A stretch of DNA of 64,000 bases from a candidate division FCPU426 bacterium. GTDB taxonomy: Bacteria > Oederibacteriota > Muellerivitia > Muellerivitales > Muellerivitaceae. Location: positions 1-64,000 of the forward strand of contig CAWCKJ010000006.1 in NCBI GenBank assembly GCA_963796105.1, given 5' to 3'. How positions within the stretch are numbered: position 1 is the first letter of the stretch; each line of letters begins with the position of its first letter. The translations under genes were made by a program, and so were the position numbers. Below the pieces are notes generated by a model. It made no database searches. It worked only from the letters and a program-made list of their open reading frames with translations, and was not told the DNA's origin. Below are positions 54,601 to 64,000 of this stretch, piece after piece.

Positions 54601-57251
54601 CTCCAACCGGGACTCAATCGCCCACGAACACCCCGACTCCTACCCCCACAACGACGCCAACACCGACCCTAACCAGGACGCCGACACCTACTCCTACTCC
54701 AACCCCCACCAATACCCCAACCCTCACGCCGACGAACACACCGACTCCCACACCCACATCAACTCCAACGCCTACCCCAACCAGGACGCCTACTCCCACG
54801 CCTACGAATACTCCGACATCTACACCCACAACTACCCCAACACCCACTCCGACTAATACCCCTACCAGAACACCAACTCCCACCCCGACCCCCACGCCCA
54901 CTACGACTCCCACCCCCACTCCAACCATTACCCCAACACCCACGAATTCTCCAACCGGGACTCAATCGCCCACGAACACTCCAACCATAACTCCGACTCG
55001 GACCCCGACCCCTACTCCAACTCCTACACCTACCATTACCCTCACACCAACGCCTACCAATACCCCCACAAGAACGCCAACCCCTACCCCCACGAATACG
55101 CCCACATCCACTCCTACTACCACCCCGTCACCTACTCCGACTAATACACCCACCCCAACCCCGACACCCACCAATACTCCAACTCCTACCCCTACGAATA
55201 CTCCTACACCCACTCTCACCACTACCCCGACCCCTACTCCAACAAGAACCCATACGCCAACACCTACCAATACGCCTACTCCAACACCCACCACCACTCC
55301 GACTCCGACCCCCACCAACACGCCAACCATCACCCCGACTCCAACCAATACGCCCACAGGAACCCAGTCTCCAACGAATACTCCTACCATCACGTCGACT
55401 AAGACCCCGACTCCTACTCCTACCCCCACACCGACGGTGACGCCTACTCCCACTCCTACTAATACCCCGACTTCTACACCCACCAATACGCCGACGCCAA
55501 CGAATACACCTACAAGGACGCCGACGAATACCCCGACCCCTACGCCTACCTCCACGCCAACTAATATCCCGACACTAACGATGACTCCGACTCCTACCAT
55601 CACTCCCACACCTACTAATACTCCTACAGGAACTCAATCACCCACAAACACGCCAACTATCACCCCGACCAAGACCCCAACCCCCACACCCACTTCCACG
55701 CTTACACCCACGACTACCCCGACCCCTACACCCACTCCGACGCCAACTCCGACTCCTACTCCCACCCTCACACCTACGCCGACCCCGACACCCACACTGA
55801 CGCCAACCCCAACACCCACTAAAACACCAACCCCGACACCAACTCCAACTCCTACCATCACCCCCACTCCCACGAACACACCGACTGGAACGCAGTCCCC
55901 CACAAGCACACCCACAATCACTCCGACTCCTACGCCAACACCCACTCCGACCCCAACGCCGACGATCACTCCCCCACCCACGCCCACCAATACCCCGACC
56001 AGAACACCGACTCCGACTCCCACACAGACTCTAACGCCTACACCTACCCCAACACCCACCCCCACGAATACCCCTACACCGACTCCGACTAGAACTCCGA
56101 CACCCACACTCACGCCTACTCCCACTCCCACACCGACCCCAACCAACTCCCCGACCACAACGCCTACTCCCACACTTACTCCCACGCCGACAATCACCCC
56201 CACTCCCACGAACACACCGACTGGGACTCAGCCGCCCACAAGCACACCCACGGTCACCCCTACCCCAACATCCACACCAACCCTGACCCTCACGTCAACG
56301 CTGACGAATACTCATACAGTCACACCGCCATACACTGCGACCCTGACTTTAACAAATACCTCCACAGTTACGAATACACCGACCTTTACCCAAACGAGTA
56401 CTTACACGAACACGAGGACGAATACTCCAACGATGACTTTCACACCCACCAACACATGGACATCAACGGCGACCTGGACGGTTACTTCGACGCCAACCAT
56501 TACACCCACAAGCACGAGTACAATGGTTACAGTCCAGGCTAATCAAGTTTCATCGTCTCCGACAACCCAGATACCCGGAGCGACAGGAGTGACGGTTCTC
56601 CAAGTCCAATTCACTAATCCAAGCTCCAGTACGGTTACACTGACCAGCCTAACGCTGACAGTTTCGGGCACCGGAAACCCCGTGGATATGGGACCCGTAA
56701 CACTGTTGGAAAACGGGGTGCCGATCGCCACGGGAATATTGGGTTCTGGAGCGGCCACCTTCACCATTAACAATACATTGGGATCGAATGGAAACACCTA
56801 CACGGTTGTAACCAGCTTTTCGACCTCGGCATCAGGAACTTACATCGTCAGCGCGGTGGGGGCTGCTGGAACCAACGGTCAGGCAGTAGTGGTGAACGGT
56901 TTACCGGTCACAGGCGCAGTCGTCGATGTGGCTACGCCGACAGCAACGTATACTTCTACGCTTGTTCCTAAACCCACTTGCGTAGGACCTTATCCAAACC
57001 CCGTGGAAAATGGTCCTGTTTCATTCCACCTATGGGTACCGGGAACGACTGTGGCGAAATGGTCCGTGTTTAGCTTATCCCTGAGAAAAATTGTAGGTGG
57101 GGAACTAACTATCTCGAATAACGGTGTAATTGCATGGGATTTAAAGGATCAATACGGAAAACAAGTGGCAAATGGCCTGTATTACGTGAGGGTTGAAATG
57201 CTTGGAACCCAAAACTTGAACAAGATATTTAAAGTCTTAATCGAGAAATAA
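51654..57251 (+). CDS. Giant Thr/Pro-stalk secreted protein 5: GH5 glycoside hydrolase head, Cys neck, stalk, Ig-like plus FlgD/T9SS-CTD-like tail (start uncertain, may be later)
   Basis: GH5 motifs IIRLPL, VILDLHW, FDLYNEP (acid/base Glu), SAHFY and VGEFG (nucleophile Glu). The tail reads PYPNP...[20 protein letters not shown]. Confidence 0.9.
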   Translation: MNWNDKKTLLVKDIPSLLKDDLFYNPVNYWKSALFTFNKFLQKILLYLHYLVKTFFFLNLQIKSFFDIRQAHSVFVVMAWAAFLLIFSTTSIQATPSSLTVVGNNVEATGGCVVHLKGVDVDGLEFSPTGYGPISGGGFGNGGDTLQLAQEAVTAWKSTIIRLPLDQDFWFGCSNGNGSPTASAYQGIVSSIVNYCSGQNVYVILDLHWSGTSSTASAPCGSGWGGATAQHQMADQNAVTFWSSVAAAYANNPAVLFDLYNEPYDSGNDNPPPIVDTTGYNTWLSGGTLSGASFSTPGMQKLLNAVRSAGANNVCLLGGLYWCANLNGLPAASVTNRGNGIIFSAHFYSNNDGNSPVSWNAEIPSSLLASYPVFVGEFGPSNNTCNSNDSTFDTNAVSWINNTSGIVGATAWSFSTQSCPNLLTGWVTSSTWGSAVSTWLATPYAACSSPVPTPTITATPKPPSITFTKTTGGPTSGYSTGGPITLNFTLCNAAGSSAPAPATVTDVTTNYGWMSFDGPNYSSWTVTVGGNPITINPLNQGFPTTWTVSSIPGGACVTIPLYVQNNGFAASQSCQVMTDYGSLSWQGGGPVTSNTISTTMVCLTATPTYTFSYTPTHTFTYTPTFTYTALVNTSTFTRTATPTATNTLTNTRTNTPTATTTFTSTPTNSPTRTWTLTSTPTPTVSQTPTPTRSPTPTITNSFTPTTTPTNTLTLTPTRTSTSTNTITSTSTPTNTSTRTPTPSATPTLTRTLTPTPTTTLTSTLTVTPTPTPTRTPTPTPTNTPTPTSTNTPTPTPTTTPTSTPTRTPTPTTTNTPTPTTTSTPSPTNTPTPTPTRTPTPTPTTTPTPTPTNTPTPTPTVTPTPTPTRTPTPTPTNTPTPTPTNTPTTTPTSTPTRTPTPTPTNTPTPTSTTTPTPTPTNTPTPTSTRTPTPTPTNTPTSTPTTTPTPTPTNTPTRTPTPTPTPTPTTTPTPTPTITPTPTNSPTGTQSPTNTPTPTPTTTPTPTLTRTPTPTPTPTPTNTPTLTPTNTPTPTPTSTPTPTPTRTPTPTPTNTPTSTPTTTPTPTPTNTPTRTPTPTPTPTPTTTPTPTPTITPTPTNSPTGTQSPTNTPTITPTRTPTPTPTPTPTITLTPTPTNTPTRTPTPTPTNTPTSTPTTTPSPTPTNTPTPTPTPTNTPTPTPTNTPTPTLTTTPTPTPTRTHTPTPTNTPTPTPTTTPTPTPTNTPTITPTPTNTPTGTQSPTNTPTITSTKTPTPTPTPTPTVTPTPTPTNTPTSTPTNTPTPTNTPTRTPTNTPTPTPTSTPTNIPTLTMTPTPTITPTPTNTPTGTQSPTNTPTITPTKTPTPTPTSTLTPTTTPTPTPTPTPTPTPTPTLTPTPTPTPTLTPTPTPTKTPTPTPTPTPTITPTPTNTPTGTQSPTSTPTITPTPTPTPTPTPTPTITPPPTPTNTPTRTPTPTPTQTLTPTPTPTPTPTNTPTPTPTRTPTPTLTPTPTPTPTPTNSPTTTPTPTLTPTPTITPTPTNTPTGTQPPTSTPTVTPTPTSTPTLTLTSTLTNTHTVTPPYTATLTLTNTSTVTNTPTFTQTSTYTNTRTNTPTMTFTPTNTWTSTATWTVTSTPTITPTSTSTMVTVQANQVSSSPTTQIPGATGVTVLQVQFTNPSSSTVTLTSLTLTVSGTGNPVDMGPVTLLENGVPIATGILGSGAATFTINNTLGSNGNTYTVVTSFSTSASGTYIVSAVGAAGTNGQAVVVNGLPVTGAVVDVATPTATYTSTLVPKPTCVGPYPNPVENGPVSFHLWVPGTTVAKWSVFSLSLRKIVGGELTISNNGVIAWDLKDQYGKQVANGLYYVRVEMLGTQNLNKIFKVLIEK
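54438..54979 (+). repeat. Apparently exact 194 bp direct repeat within the gene 5 stalk (54438-54631 and 54786-54979)
   Basis: The same sequence recurs at offset 348. It also shows as two identical antisense peptides in the ORF track. Confidence 0.88.
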
Positions 57252-57389
57252 AAGTTACTTTACTTATCTAAAAATTCGGCTTAATTAATACTCTCGTGTT
57301 TCTCCATAAGATTTTCAATTCAAAGGGATTATTTTTTTGCATTCGGGAATCAATCTTGGGGGAACAATTAAAAGAGAATTTGTAGTGGA

Positions 57390-58523
57390 TCAACTATTTC
57401 CTTGGATGAAAATCCTGTCAACAATTTCTGATATGCGTTGTGAAACCTGAGCTTTGCGCGGATCATTGGTGATGAAGGGGGTCTCGAAAAGAGAAAAGAA
57501 TTTAGTGATACCCTCTTCTGAGAGCCATTTCAAATCCGTATCAACCGTTCCGGCAATCACTACACAGGGAATTCCCAATTTTTTCGCAATGCGGGCGACT
57601 GCAACCGGCGCTTTTCCCTCACGGCTGGTTGAATCGAGACGGCCCTCGCCGGTAATAACCAAGTCACAATCCCTCATTTGGTCCTCAAGTTTCAAAGTTT
57701 GGGCGACAAAATCGAACCCCTTTTCCAAGGTTCCTCCTAACGCCAAGATAGCCATTCCCAAACCGCCGGCAGCACCGGACCGGGGATTGTTTTTCAACAA
57801 GTGTCCAGAAGCTTTTGATAATACAGTTTCCAAGTGAAAAAGCCCTTTTTCCAATTCCTCGACCATCGCGGGTGTGGCGCCCTTCTGGGGGCCGAAAAAC
57901 CGGGCGGCTCCATGGTCACCCAACAGGGGAACCTGGACATCGACTAGTCCGGTTAAGGTAACTTTGCTTAAAAGTTGAAGCACAGGAGTTAAATCAATGG
58001 AAAGTATGGATGAAAGATTTTTCCCCGATAAACCCCCCGTGATGGAATGTTTTCCCTTGGGAATTGCCCCGAGGGCTTGAAGAAATCCAAGGCCTCCATC
58101 GACCGTGGCGCTTCCCCCCATGAATATTTGAACATGATTTGCGCCATGAATCACGGCGTTGCGAACCAATTCACCCACACCATAACTGGTAGTTTCTAAA
58201 GGATTTCTTTCATCGGGTGTCAAGTGATACAAACCGGAAGCTAGGGACATTTCCACAATAGCGGTGCCTTTTTTGGGTAGATCGGCCATTCCGTATTGGG
58301 CCTGTTTTGGCCGCATCAGAGGATCGTGGACGGTGTCCGTGAATAACTTGCCCTTCAAAAGATAAATGATGGAATTGAGGGTTCCCTCACCGCCGTCCGC
58401 GATTGGACAAAGACGGATTTGGGCTTGGGGCTGGTTTTTTTGAATCAAATTTCGAAGGATTTCTGAAAGTTCCTGGGCTGTTAATACTTCCTTGAATTTA
58501 TCCGGAGCCAGGAGGATTTTCAT
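57390..58523 (-). CDS. garK: Glycerate kinase (GarK/GlxK family)
   Basis: APDKFK, ADGGEGT, GGSATVDGG, FGPQKGA, GAAGG and TGEGRLD. Confidence 0.93.
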   Translation of the reverse strand: MKILLAPDKFKEVLTAQELSEILRNLIQKNQPQAQIRLCPIADGGEGTLNSIIYLLKGKLFTDTVHDPLMRPKQAQYGMADLPKKGTAIVEMSLASGLYHLTPDERNPLETTSYGVGELVRNAVIHGANHVQIFMGGSATVDGGLGFLQALGAIPKGKHSITGGLSGKNLSSILSIDLTPVLQLLSKVTLTGLVDVQVPLLGDHGAARFFGPQKGATPAMVEELEKGLFHLETVLSKASGHLLKNNPRSGAAGGLGMAILALGGTLEKGFDFVAQTLKLEDQMRDCDLVITGEGRLDSTSREGKAPVAVARIAKKLGIPCVVIAGTVDTDLKWLSEEGITKFFSLFETPFITNDPRKAQVSQRISEIVDRIFIQGNS

Positions 58524-59003
58524 GTGTCTTGTAAATCCTTTCGTTGTGAAATATTGTGACCGTAACCAACAGTAATTGAAGGGAGACGATATTATAACTT
58601 AAATTGAAAAAACAATACCTAAAGTGCCTCAAATCATTTTATCCGCTCCGTAAGCCTAATGGAATTAGGCAGGATGATTAAGCCTGGTACAAGTCCATGT
58701 TTCAAGAAAAACAGATGTCTAAAGTGTTATCTAGTGAATATTTAAAACTTCCTGAGATGTTGAATGGCGTATGATAGGCGGAAATTCGGTTTAGACAGTT
58801 GCGGCTTCTAAAGAGTAATTTCAAATTAAAAGGCCGAAATGGTAGGGTTTTAGTGATAATTTAAGGGATTCCCCCGGGTTTCTCAGCGCGTATAGTAGAA
58901 AACCAACGGGGCAAATCAAACGTCTAAATATTTGATAGATGCGCCAGTTGGTTTTTTAAAAATCCATGATTTTGTAATGAAGGATCTAACTAAAGGAATA
59001 AAC

Positions 59004-60152
59004 ATGAAGAAAATATTGGTTGTTTTGGCGTTTCTTTTAATGACGGTTAATCTTCCATTGTTTGGACAAGATTATAAGCACTCGGACGATGAAAAAAACG
59101 GTGGACATGGAGGAGTTAGGTCGGGCGGGGGAAAGAGCCATTTTCAGAAAGTACCCAAAAAAATCCACCCCGCGATTTCCCGCTCAAATTCACAAAACCG
59201 AAGAAACATGGGGGGGAATAACCAGACCGCTCCGGCCGTGGGGGGACATCATTTTAACAACTCCCGGGGGAATCAGACCTCAAGCGGTTCTTACAAGGGC
59301 GCCAAAGCTTCGCATCATTTCAACAATGTTTCTCGGGCGGTGCCTTCGGTAGGACGAATCAATCCTTCTTTGCAGCGTTTAGGCGTTAAAAATCTTCCTC
59401 CTGCATTCAAGGACCATCATCAAATTCTTCAAGCGGATCGGGCTCATTCCTCCATTCGTTATCCTGCGTCTGGCCCTCAGGGTAGGCCCCTGCATGCGGC
59501 TGTATTTGAACCGAGTGCCATGAATAACACTGTGGTAAGAAGCCATATGGGTTTGGTCAACACAAACATTGCCTTCAGGGCCCAGATTACTCATTTCAAC
59601 AACGTAGAAATCTTGCGAAATAATTACTATTGGCATTCCTACGGCGGTTTTAATTACTGCCATTACTATGATCCCTGGGGTTATCACTGGTATGGCTGGT
59701 ATTTGGGCAGTTCCTATTTCTGGACCCGGTATTGGAACAATTATTATTGGTGGTACGACCCAGTTTCCTTTAGATGGTGCTATTGGTGGGATGGAAATTG
59801 GTGGTGGAATAATCCGGCTCATGTGGAAGCGGCTTACGTTTACAATAATGGAAATTATATTCCCTCGGATTCCGCAAACACTGAAGCGCCCAGCGGAACC
59901 GCCGCAATAGAATATCGAAGCCAAGATGGATCCCGAATGGTGAAAATCGTCGGAACTGACGCCTTCCTTTATGACACGGCGGATACAGGCGTGGATAATA
60001 AACCGGTATTTTTGGGCTCGAACGTCACTAATGTGAAATTTTCTAAAACCAGTGACGGCAAACCTTTGCAGGTGATGCTGGAATACAATGATGGAACCTT
60101 CGGGTTGTTTGATGCCGACGGTAATCCAGCCGTTGGAAATTCAGGTAACTGA
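59004..60152 (+). CDS. Hypothetical secreted protein with a Gly/Asn/His-rich N-region and a Trp/Tyr-rich domain
   Basis: AAAGGA RBS, signal peptide MKKILVVLAFLLMTVNLPLFG, and a dense aromatic segment at ~59620-59815. Confidence 0.75.
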   Translation: MKKILVVLAFLLMTVNLPLFGQDYKHSDDEKNGGHGGVRSGGGKSHFQKVPKKIHPAISRSNSQNRRNMGGNNQTAPAVGGHHFNNSRGNQTSSGSYKGAKASHHFNNVSRAVPSVGRINPSLQRLGVKNLPPAFKDHHQILQADRAHSSIRYPASGPQGRPLHAAVFEPSAMNNTVVRSHMGLVNTNIAFRAQITHFNNVEILRNNYYWHSYGGFNYCHYYDPWGYHWYGWYLGSSYFWTRYWNNYYWWYDPVSFRWCYWWDGNWWWNNPAHVEAAYVYNNGNYIPSDSANTEAPSGTAAIEYRSQDGSRMVKIVGTDAFLYDTADTGVDNKPVFLGSNVTNVKFSKTSDGKPLQVMLEYNDGTFGLFDADGNPAVGNSGN

Positions 60153-60260
60153 TTTGAAATGGCTGGCGGATAAGACTAATTGAAGGTGGCTCCGAAAATG
60201 AAACCTAGTTACTTTTTATTCCCTGATTTGAAAATTTGAGGTAAATAATTTTCGGAACCG

Positions 60261-60289
60261 TTGACAAATTTGAAACCCAAAGGTAGACT
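60261..60289 (+). promoter_or_regulatory. Sigma70 promoter of the Met/Cys operon
   Basis: TTGACA-17 bp-TAGACT. The predicted start (~60296) is just before the first RNA motif. Confidence 0.8.
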
Positions 60290-60300
60290 TCAATTAAGTC

Positions 60301-60393
60301 GAACGCGAGGCGTTAAGGTCCAACTTGCCCCGGCGTTTCCCAACCTTGAGAAACTCCTCAAGATAATGGGATTAACAGGGAGCTAAAGCGGTG
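60301..60393 (+). ncRNA. SAM-II-like riboswitch aptamer candidate 1 (long-loop variant)
   Basis: P1 is AACGC/GCGTT. The pseudoknot pairs TTGC-CCC with GGG(A)GC(T)AA. A hairpin is inserted in L3 (TCCCA..CTTGAG/CTCAAG..TGGGA). It lies upstream of metY, cysK and metX. Confidence 0.6.
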
Positions 60394-60413
60394 AAAGTTT
60401 ACGAGAAATTCCT

Positions 60414-60449
60414 AAACCCGAGCCGCTTTAAAAGCGACCCGGGTTTTTT
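60414..60449 (+). terminator. Intrinsic terminator of riboswitch candidate 1
   Basis: AAACCCGAGCCGCTT-loop-AAGCGACCCGGGTTT followed by a T run. Its CCGCTTT can instead pair with AAAGCGG (60385-60391). Confidence 0.75.
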
Positions 60450-60592
60450 GTTATCCGGGATTAATTGAAGCATTACGGCGAGGCTTTAACGGGTGGTTGA
60501 AAAGCTTGATTTTCTGGTTTTTAAGGGAAAATAAAGTATTTTTCCCCAACCCCTGGCAATACAGGATGATTCCACGTAGGAATGAACGTGTT

Positions 60593-60681
60593 GGAACGCC
60601 CTTGATTGAACCAACTTGCTCCGGCCGTTTCCATTCCGCGGTTTACCGCTTAGGGTGGAAAAACAGGGTGCTAAAGCGGTG
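60593..60681 (+). ncRNA. SAM-II-like riboswitch aptamer candidate 2 (long-loop variant)
   Basis: P1 is AACGCC/GG(C)CGTT. L1 is TGATTGAACC (canonical SAM-II has UGAUUUAACC). TTGC-TCC pairs with GGG(T)GC(T)AA and ACC pairs with GGT. The L3 hairpin is TTCCA..GCGG/CCGC..TGGAA. Confidence 0.7.
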
Positions 60682-60702
60682 AAAGATTAATGAGTTCCTC
60701 AT

Positions 60703-60740
60703 AATCCCGAACCGCTGAAAAGTGGTTTGGGATTTTTTTT
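60703..60740 (+). terminator. Intrinsic terminator of riboswitch candidate 2
   Basis: AATCCCGAACCGCT-GAAA-AGTGGTTTGGGATT followed by a T run (14 bp stem with 2 G-U pairs). Its ACCGCT can instead pair with AGCGGT (60675-60680). Confidence 0.88.
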
Positions 60741-60760
60741 ACCGATAAGGGGAGGAGCCT

Positions 60761-60949
60761 ATGGCTCAAGACGCCAACAAAAAGCAGCTGAATGAAAACA
60801 TCCTTCGGGATATCGGCAGCGCGGTAGGGTCTTTGGAGTATGGCACAGTCACCATCAAGGTCCATGAGTCGAAAATTATCCAAATTGAGGTAACAGAGCG
60901 AAAACGCTTCGACGATGTTTGGAAATTGGAAGGGGGAGCGGGAATTTAG
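60761..60949 (+). CDS. yezD: YezD/DUF2292 (OscA-like) small sulfur-metabolism-associated protein
   Basis: LEYGTVTIKVHESKIIQIEVTERKRF signature and a strong GGAGG RBS. Confidence 0.85.
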   Translation: MAQDANKKQLNENILRDIGSAVGSLEYGTVTIKVHESKIIQIEVTERKRFDDVWKLEGGAGI

Positions 60950-61081
60950 CTGTAGAGTTGGTTAATCCGGGACCGGACAAGCCGGACCCATCATTTACCC
61001 ATGCCGGATTGATTTACCAGTCCACTGGAAAATCAGGCAAAACCCCGTTGGAAATACATGGGGTAAACACGAAACATTTGA

Positions 61082-62386
<1,305 letters not shown>

Positions 62387-62394
62387 GGTGAAAT

Positions 62395-63330
62395 ATGGCC
62401 AAAATTTATGATGATATAACCAAAACCATCGGCCGCACCCCCTTGGTGCGGCTGAACCGAATCACGGAAGGAGCCGGGGCGACCGTTCTGGCCAAGCTGG
62501 AATCCTTCAATCCATTGTCCAGCGTGAAGGACCGCATCGGTTTGGCGATGATTGAGGACGCCGAGAAAAGGGGTGTCCTCAAGAAAGACTCCGTCATCAT
62601 CGAGCCCACCAGCGGAAACACCGGGATTGGCCTGGCATTCGTGGCGGCCGCCAAGGGCTACAAGCTCATCCTCACCATGCCGGAAACCATGAGCCTGGAG
62701 AGACGCCAGCTCTTGAAAATCTTGGGAGCCGAGCTGGTCCTGACCGAGGGGCCGAAGGGAATGAAGGGGGCCATCGCAAAAGCCGAGGAACTGGCTAAGG
62801 CAACTCCCAACAGCTTTGTTCCCCAGCAGTTCAACAATCCCGCGAATCCCGAAATCCACCGCAAGACCACGGCTGAGGAGATCTGGGCGGACACCGACGG
62901 CAAGGTGGACATCCTTGTTTCCGGGGTGGGCACTGGGGGAACCATCACGGGTGTAGCGGAAGTCATCAAGAAACGCAAGCCATCCTTCAAGGCCATCGCC
63001 GTGGAACCGGACGCCTCGCCGGTATTGTCGGGAGGGACAGCGGCCCCGCATAAAATCCAGGGCCTGGGTGCTGGTTTCGTGCCCGCGATCCTGAACCGGG
63101 AAATCATCGACGAGATCATCCGTGTGACGCATGAGGATTCAGGTGAGATCGCGCGCCAGCTTGCCAGGAAAGAAGGAATTTTGGCTGGCATTTCCTGTGG
63201 CGCGGCTGTTTGGGCGGCCATCCAGGTGGCCAAGAGGTTGGAGAACAAGGGAAAGACCATCGTTGTCATCGTGCCGGACACGGGCGAGCGATATCTTTCC
63301 ACCTGGCTTTTTGAGGAGGCCAAAGGATGA
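62395..63330 (+). CDS. cysK: Cysteine synthase A
   Basis: [31 protein letters not shown] and DTGERYLST. Confidence 0.97.
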   Translation: MAKIYDDITKTIGRTPLVRLNRITEGAGATVLAKLESFNPLSSVKDRIGLAMIEDAEKRGVLKKDSVIIEPTSGNTGIGLAFVAAAKGYKLILTMPETMSLERRQLLKILGAELVLTEGPKGMKGAIAKAEELAKATPNSFVPQQFNNPANPEIHRKTTAEEIWADTDGKVDILVSGVGTGGTITGVAEVIKKRKPSFKAIAVEPDASPVLSGGTAAPHKIQGLGAGFVPAILNREIIDEIIRVTHEDSGEIARQLARKEGILAGISCGAAVWAAIQVAKRLENKGKTIVVIVPDTGERYLSTWLFEEAKG

Positions 63331-64000
63331 ATGAGGCTGCGGACAAGCCCAGCAGACCTGGAATAGGGTTCGTCGAATCCAAGTCTTTCGAGCTTGAGGG
63401 TCTAACCCTTGAAAGCGGGGAGAGGCTGGGGCCTATCACGCTGGTTTACGAAACTTACGGGGCCTTGAACCCCGAAAAGACCAACGCCATATTGGTCCCG
63501 CACGCTTTTAGCGGCGACGCCCACGCCGCGGGCTGGCATCAGGGGGACGATGAACCAGGCTGGTGGGACGCAATGATCGGTCCCGGGAAGGCATTCGATA
63601 CCGACCATTATTTTGTGGTGTGTTCAAACGTTATCGGGGGCTGCAAAGGTTCCACCGGCCCCTCCAGCCTTAACCCCAAGACCGGCAAAACCTACGGTTT
63701 GGATTTTCCTCTTGTCAGCATCGGGGACATGGTGGACTGTCAAAAAAGGCTTCTGAAGCACTTAGGCATCCAGAAACTGCTTTCGCTTTCAGGCGGGTCC
63801 ATGGGCGGGATGCAGGTCCTTTCCTGGATGGCAAAATATCCTGAGGCTTTACAGAGCGCCATTCCCATCGCCACGGCGATCAAGCATTCTCCCCAGCAGA
63901 TTGCTTTCGACGAGGTGGGCCGCCAGGCCATCATGGCGGATCCTGATTGGAATAACGGGAATTATTATGGCGGTCCTCCGCCCGCCAAGGGGCTTTCGGT
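63327..64000 (+). CDS. metX: Homoserine O-acetyltransferase (runs off the window end)
   Basis: ATG overlaps the cysK stop. The frame reads ...LESGERL...YETYG.LN...[13 protein letters not shown]...GWWD.MIGPG...GGSMGGMQ. Confidence 0.95.
   Translation, partial: MNEAADKPSRPGIGFVESKSFELEGLTLESGERLGPITLVYETYGALNPEKTNAILVPHAFSGDAHAAGWHQGDDEPGWWDAMIGPGKAFDTDHYFVVCSNVIGGCKGSTGPSSLNPKTGKTYGLDFPLVSIGDMVDCQKRLLKHLGIQKLLSLSGGSMGGMQVLSWMAKYPEALQSAIPIATAIKHSPQQIAFDEVGRQAIMADPDWNNGNYYGGPPPAKGLS

Noticed and set aside
890..56215. Long antisense Val-Gly (VGVGV...) ORFs and alternative-frame His/Asp/Pro or Arg/Gly ORFs over the five stalks
   Set aside because: They are automatic shadows of ACN-CCN codon repeats, which rarely produce stops in other frames. 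They have no RBS or independent domains.
60497..60682. 61 aa ORF in the Met/Cys leader as a leader peptide
   Set aside because: It has a TTG start with no convincing RBS and no run of Met or Cys codons, and it overlaps the second aptamer.
60300..60740. T-box or SAM-I riboswitch
   Set aside because: The T-box GGTGGnACCGCG and the SAM-I ATCnAGAG...GGCAACC cores are absent. The pairing fits a SAM-II-type pseudoknot better.

Overview
This is a 64 kb chromosomal window from a diderm (LPS-producing) bacterium. It is probably an uncultured lineage such as FCPU426 or Goldbacteria, but that is only an inference from the style of the proteins. About 40% of the window encodes five giant secreted proteins. 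They share one plan: signal peptide, variable head, Cys-containing DUF11-like neck, a 700-1250 aa strictly alternating Thr-X (mostly Thr-Pro) stalk, and an FlgD-Ig/T9SS-CTD-like tail. Heads and tails occur in different combinations, and two genes share a ~99% identical 3.2 kb stalk plus tail, which suggests domain shuffling through the stalk. Mobile elements are the right end of an IS21 element, which interrupts the first giant gene, and two different IS1595 elements inserted back-to-back in the same 8-bp target (three AAATAATA copies). Core genes include hisI-trpE-trpG with a candidate Trp leader peptide, a lipid A/LPS core cluster (lpxB, DUF374, waaA, lpxK, five GT9, one GT4) with ilvE, two GT-C-like membrane proteins, bioB and glycerate kinase. 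A yezD-metY-cysK-metX operon is preceded by two tandem SAM-II-like pseudoknot riboswitch candidates, each with its own terminator/antiterminator. Frameshifts in normally essential genes (waaA, lpxK) suggest indel errors in the assembly. All family calls come from motif recognition by eye, and no database searches were run.
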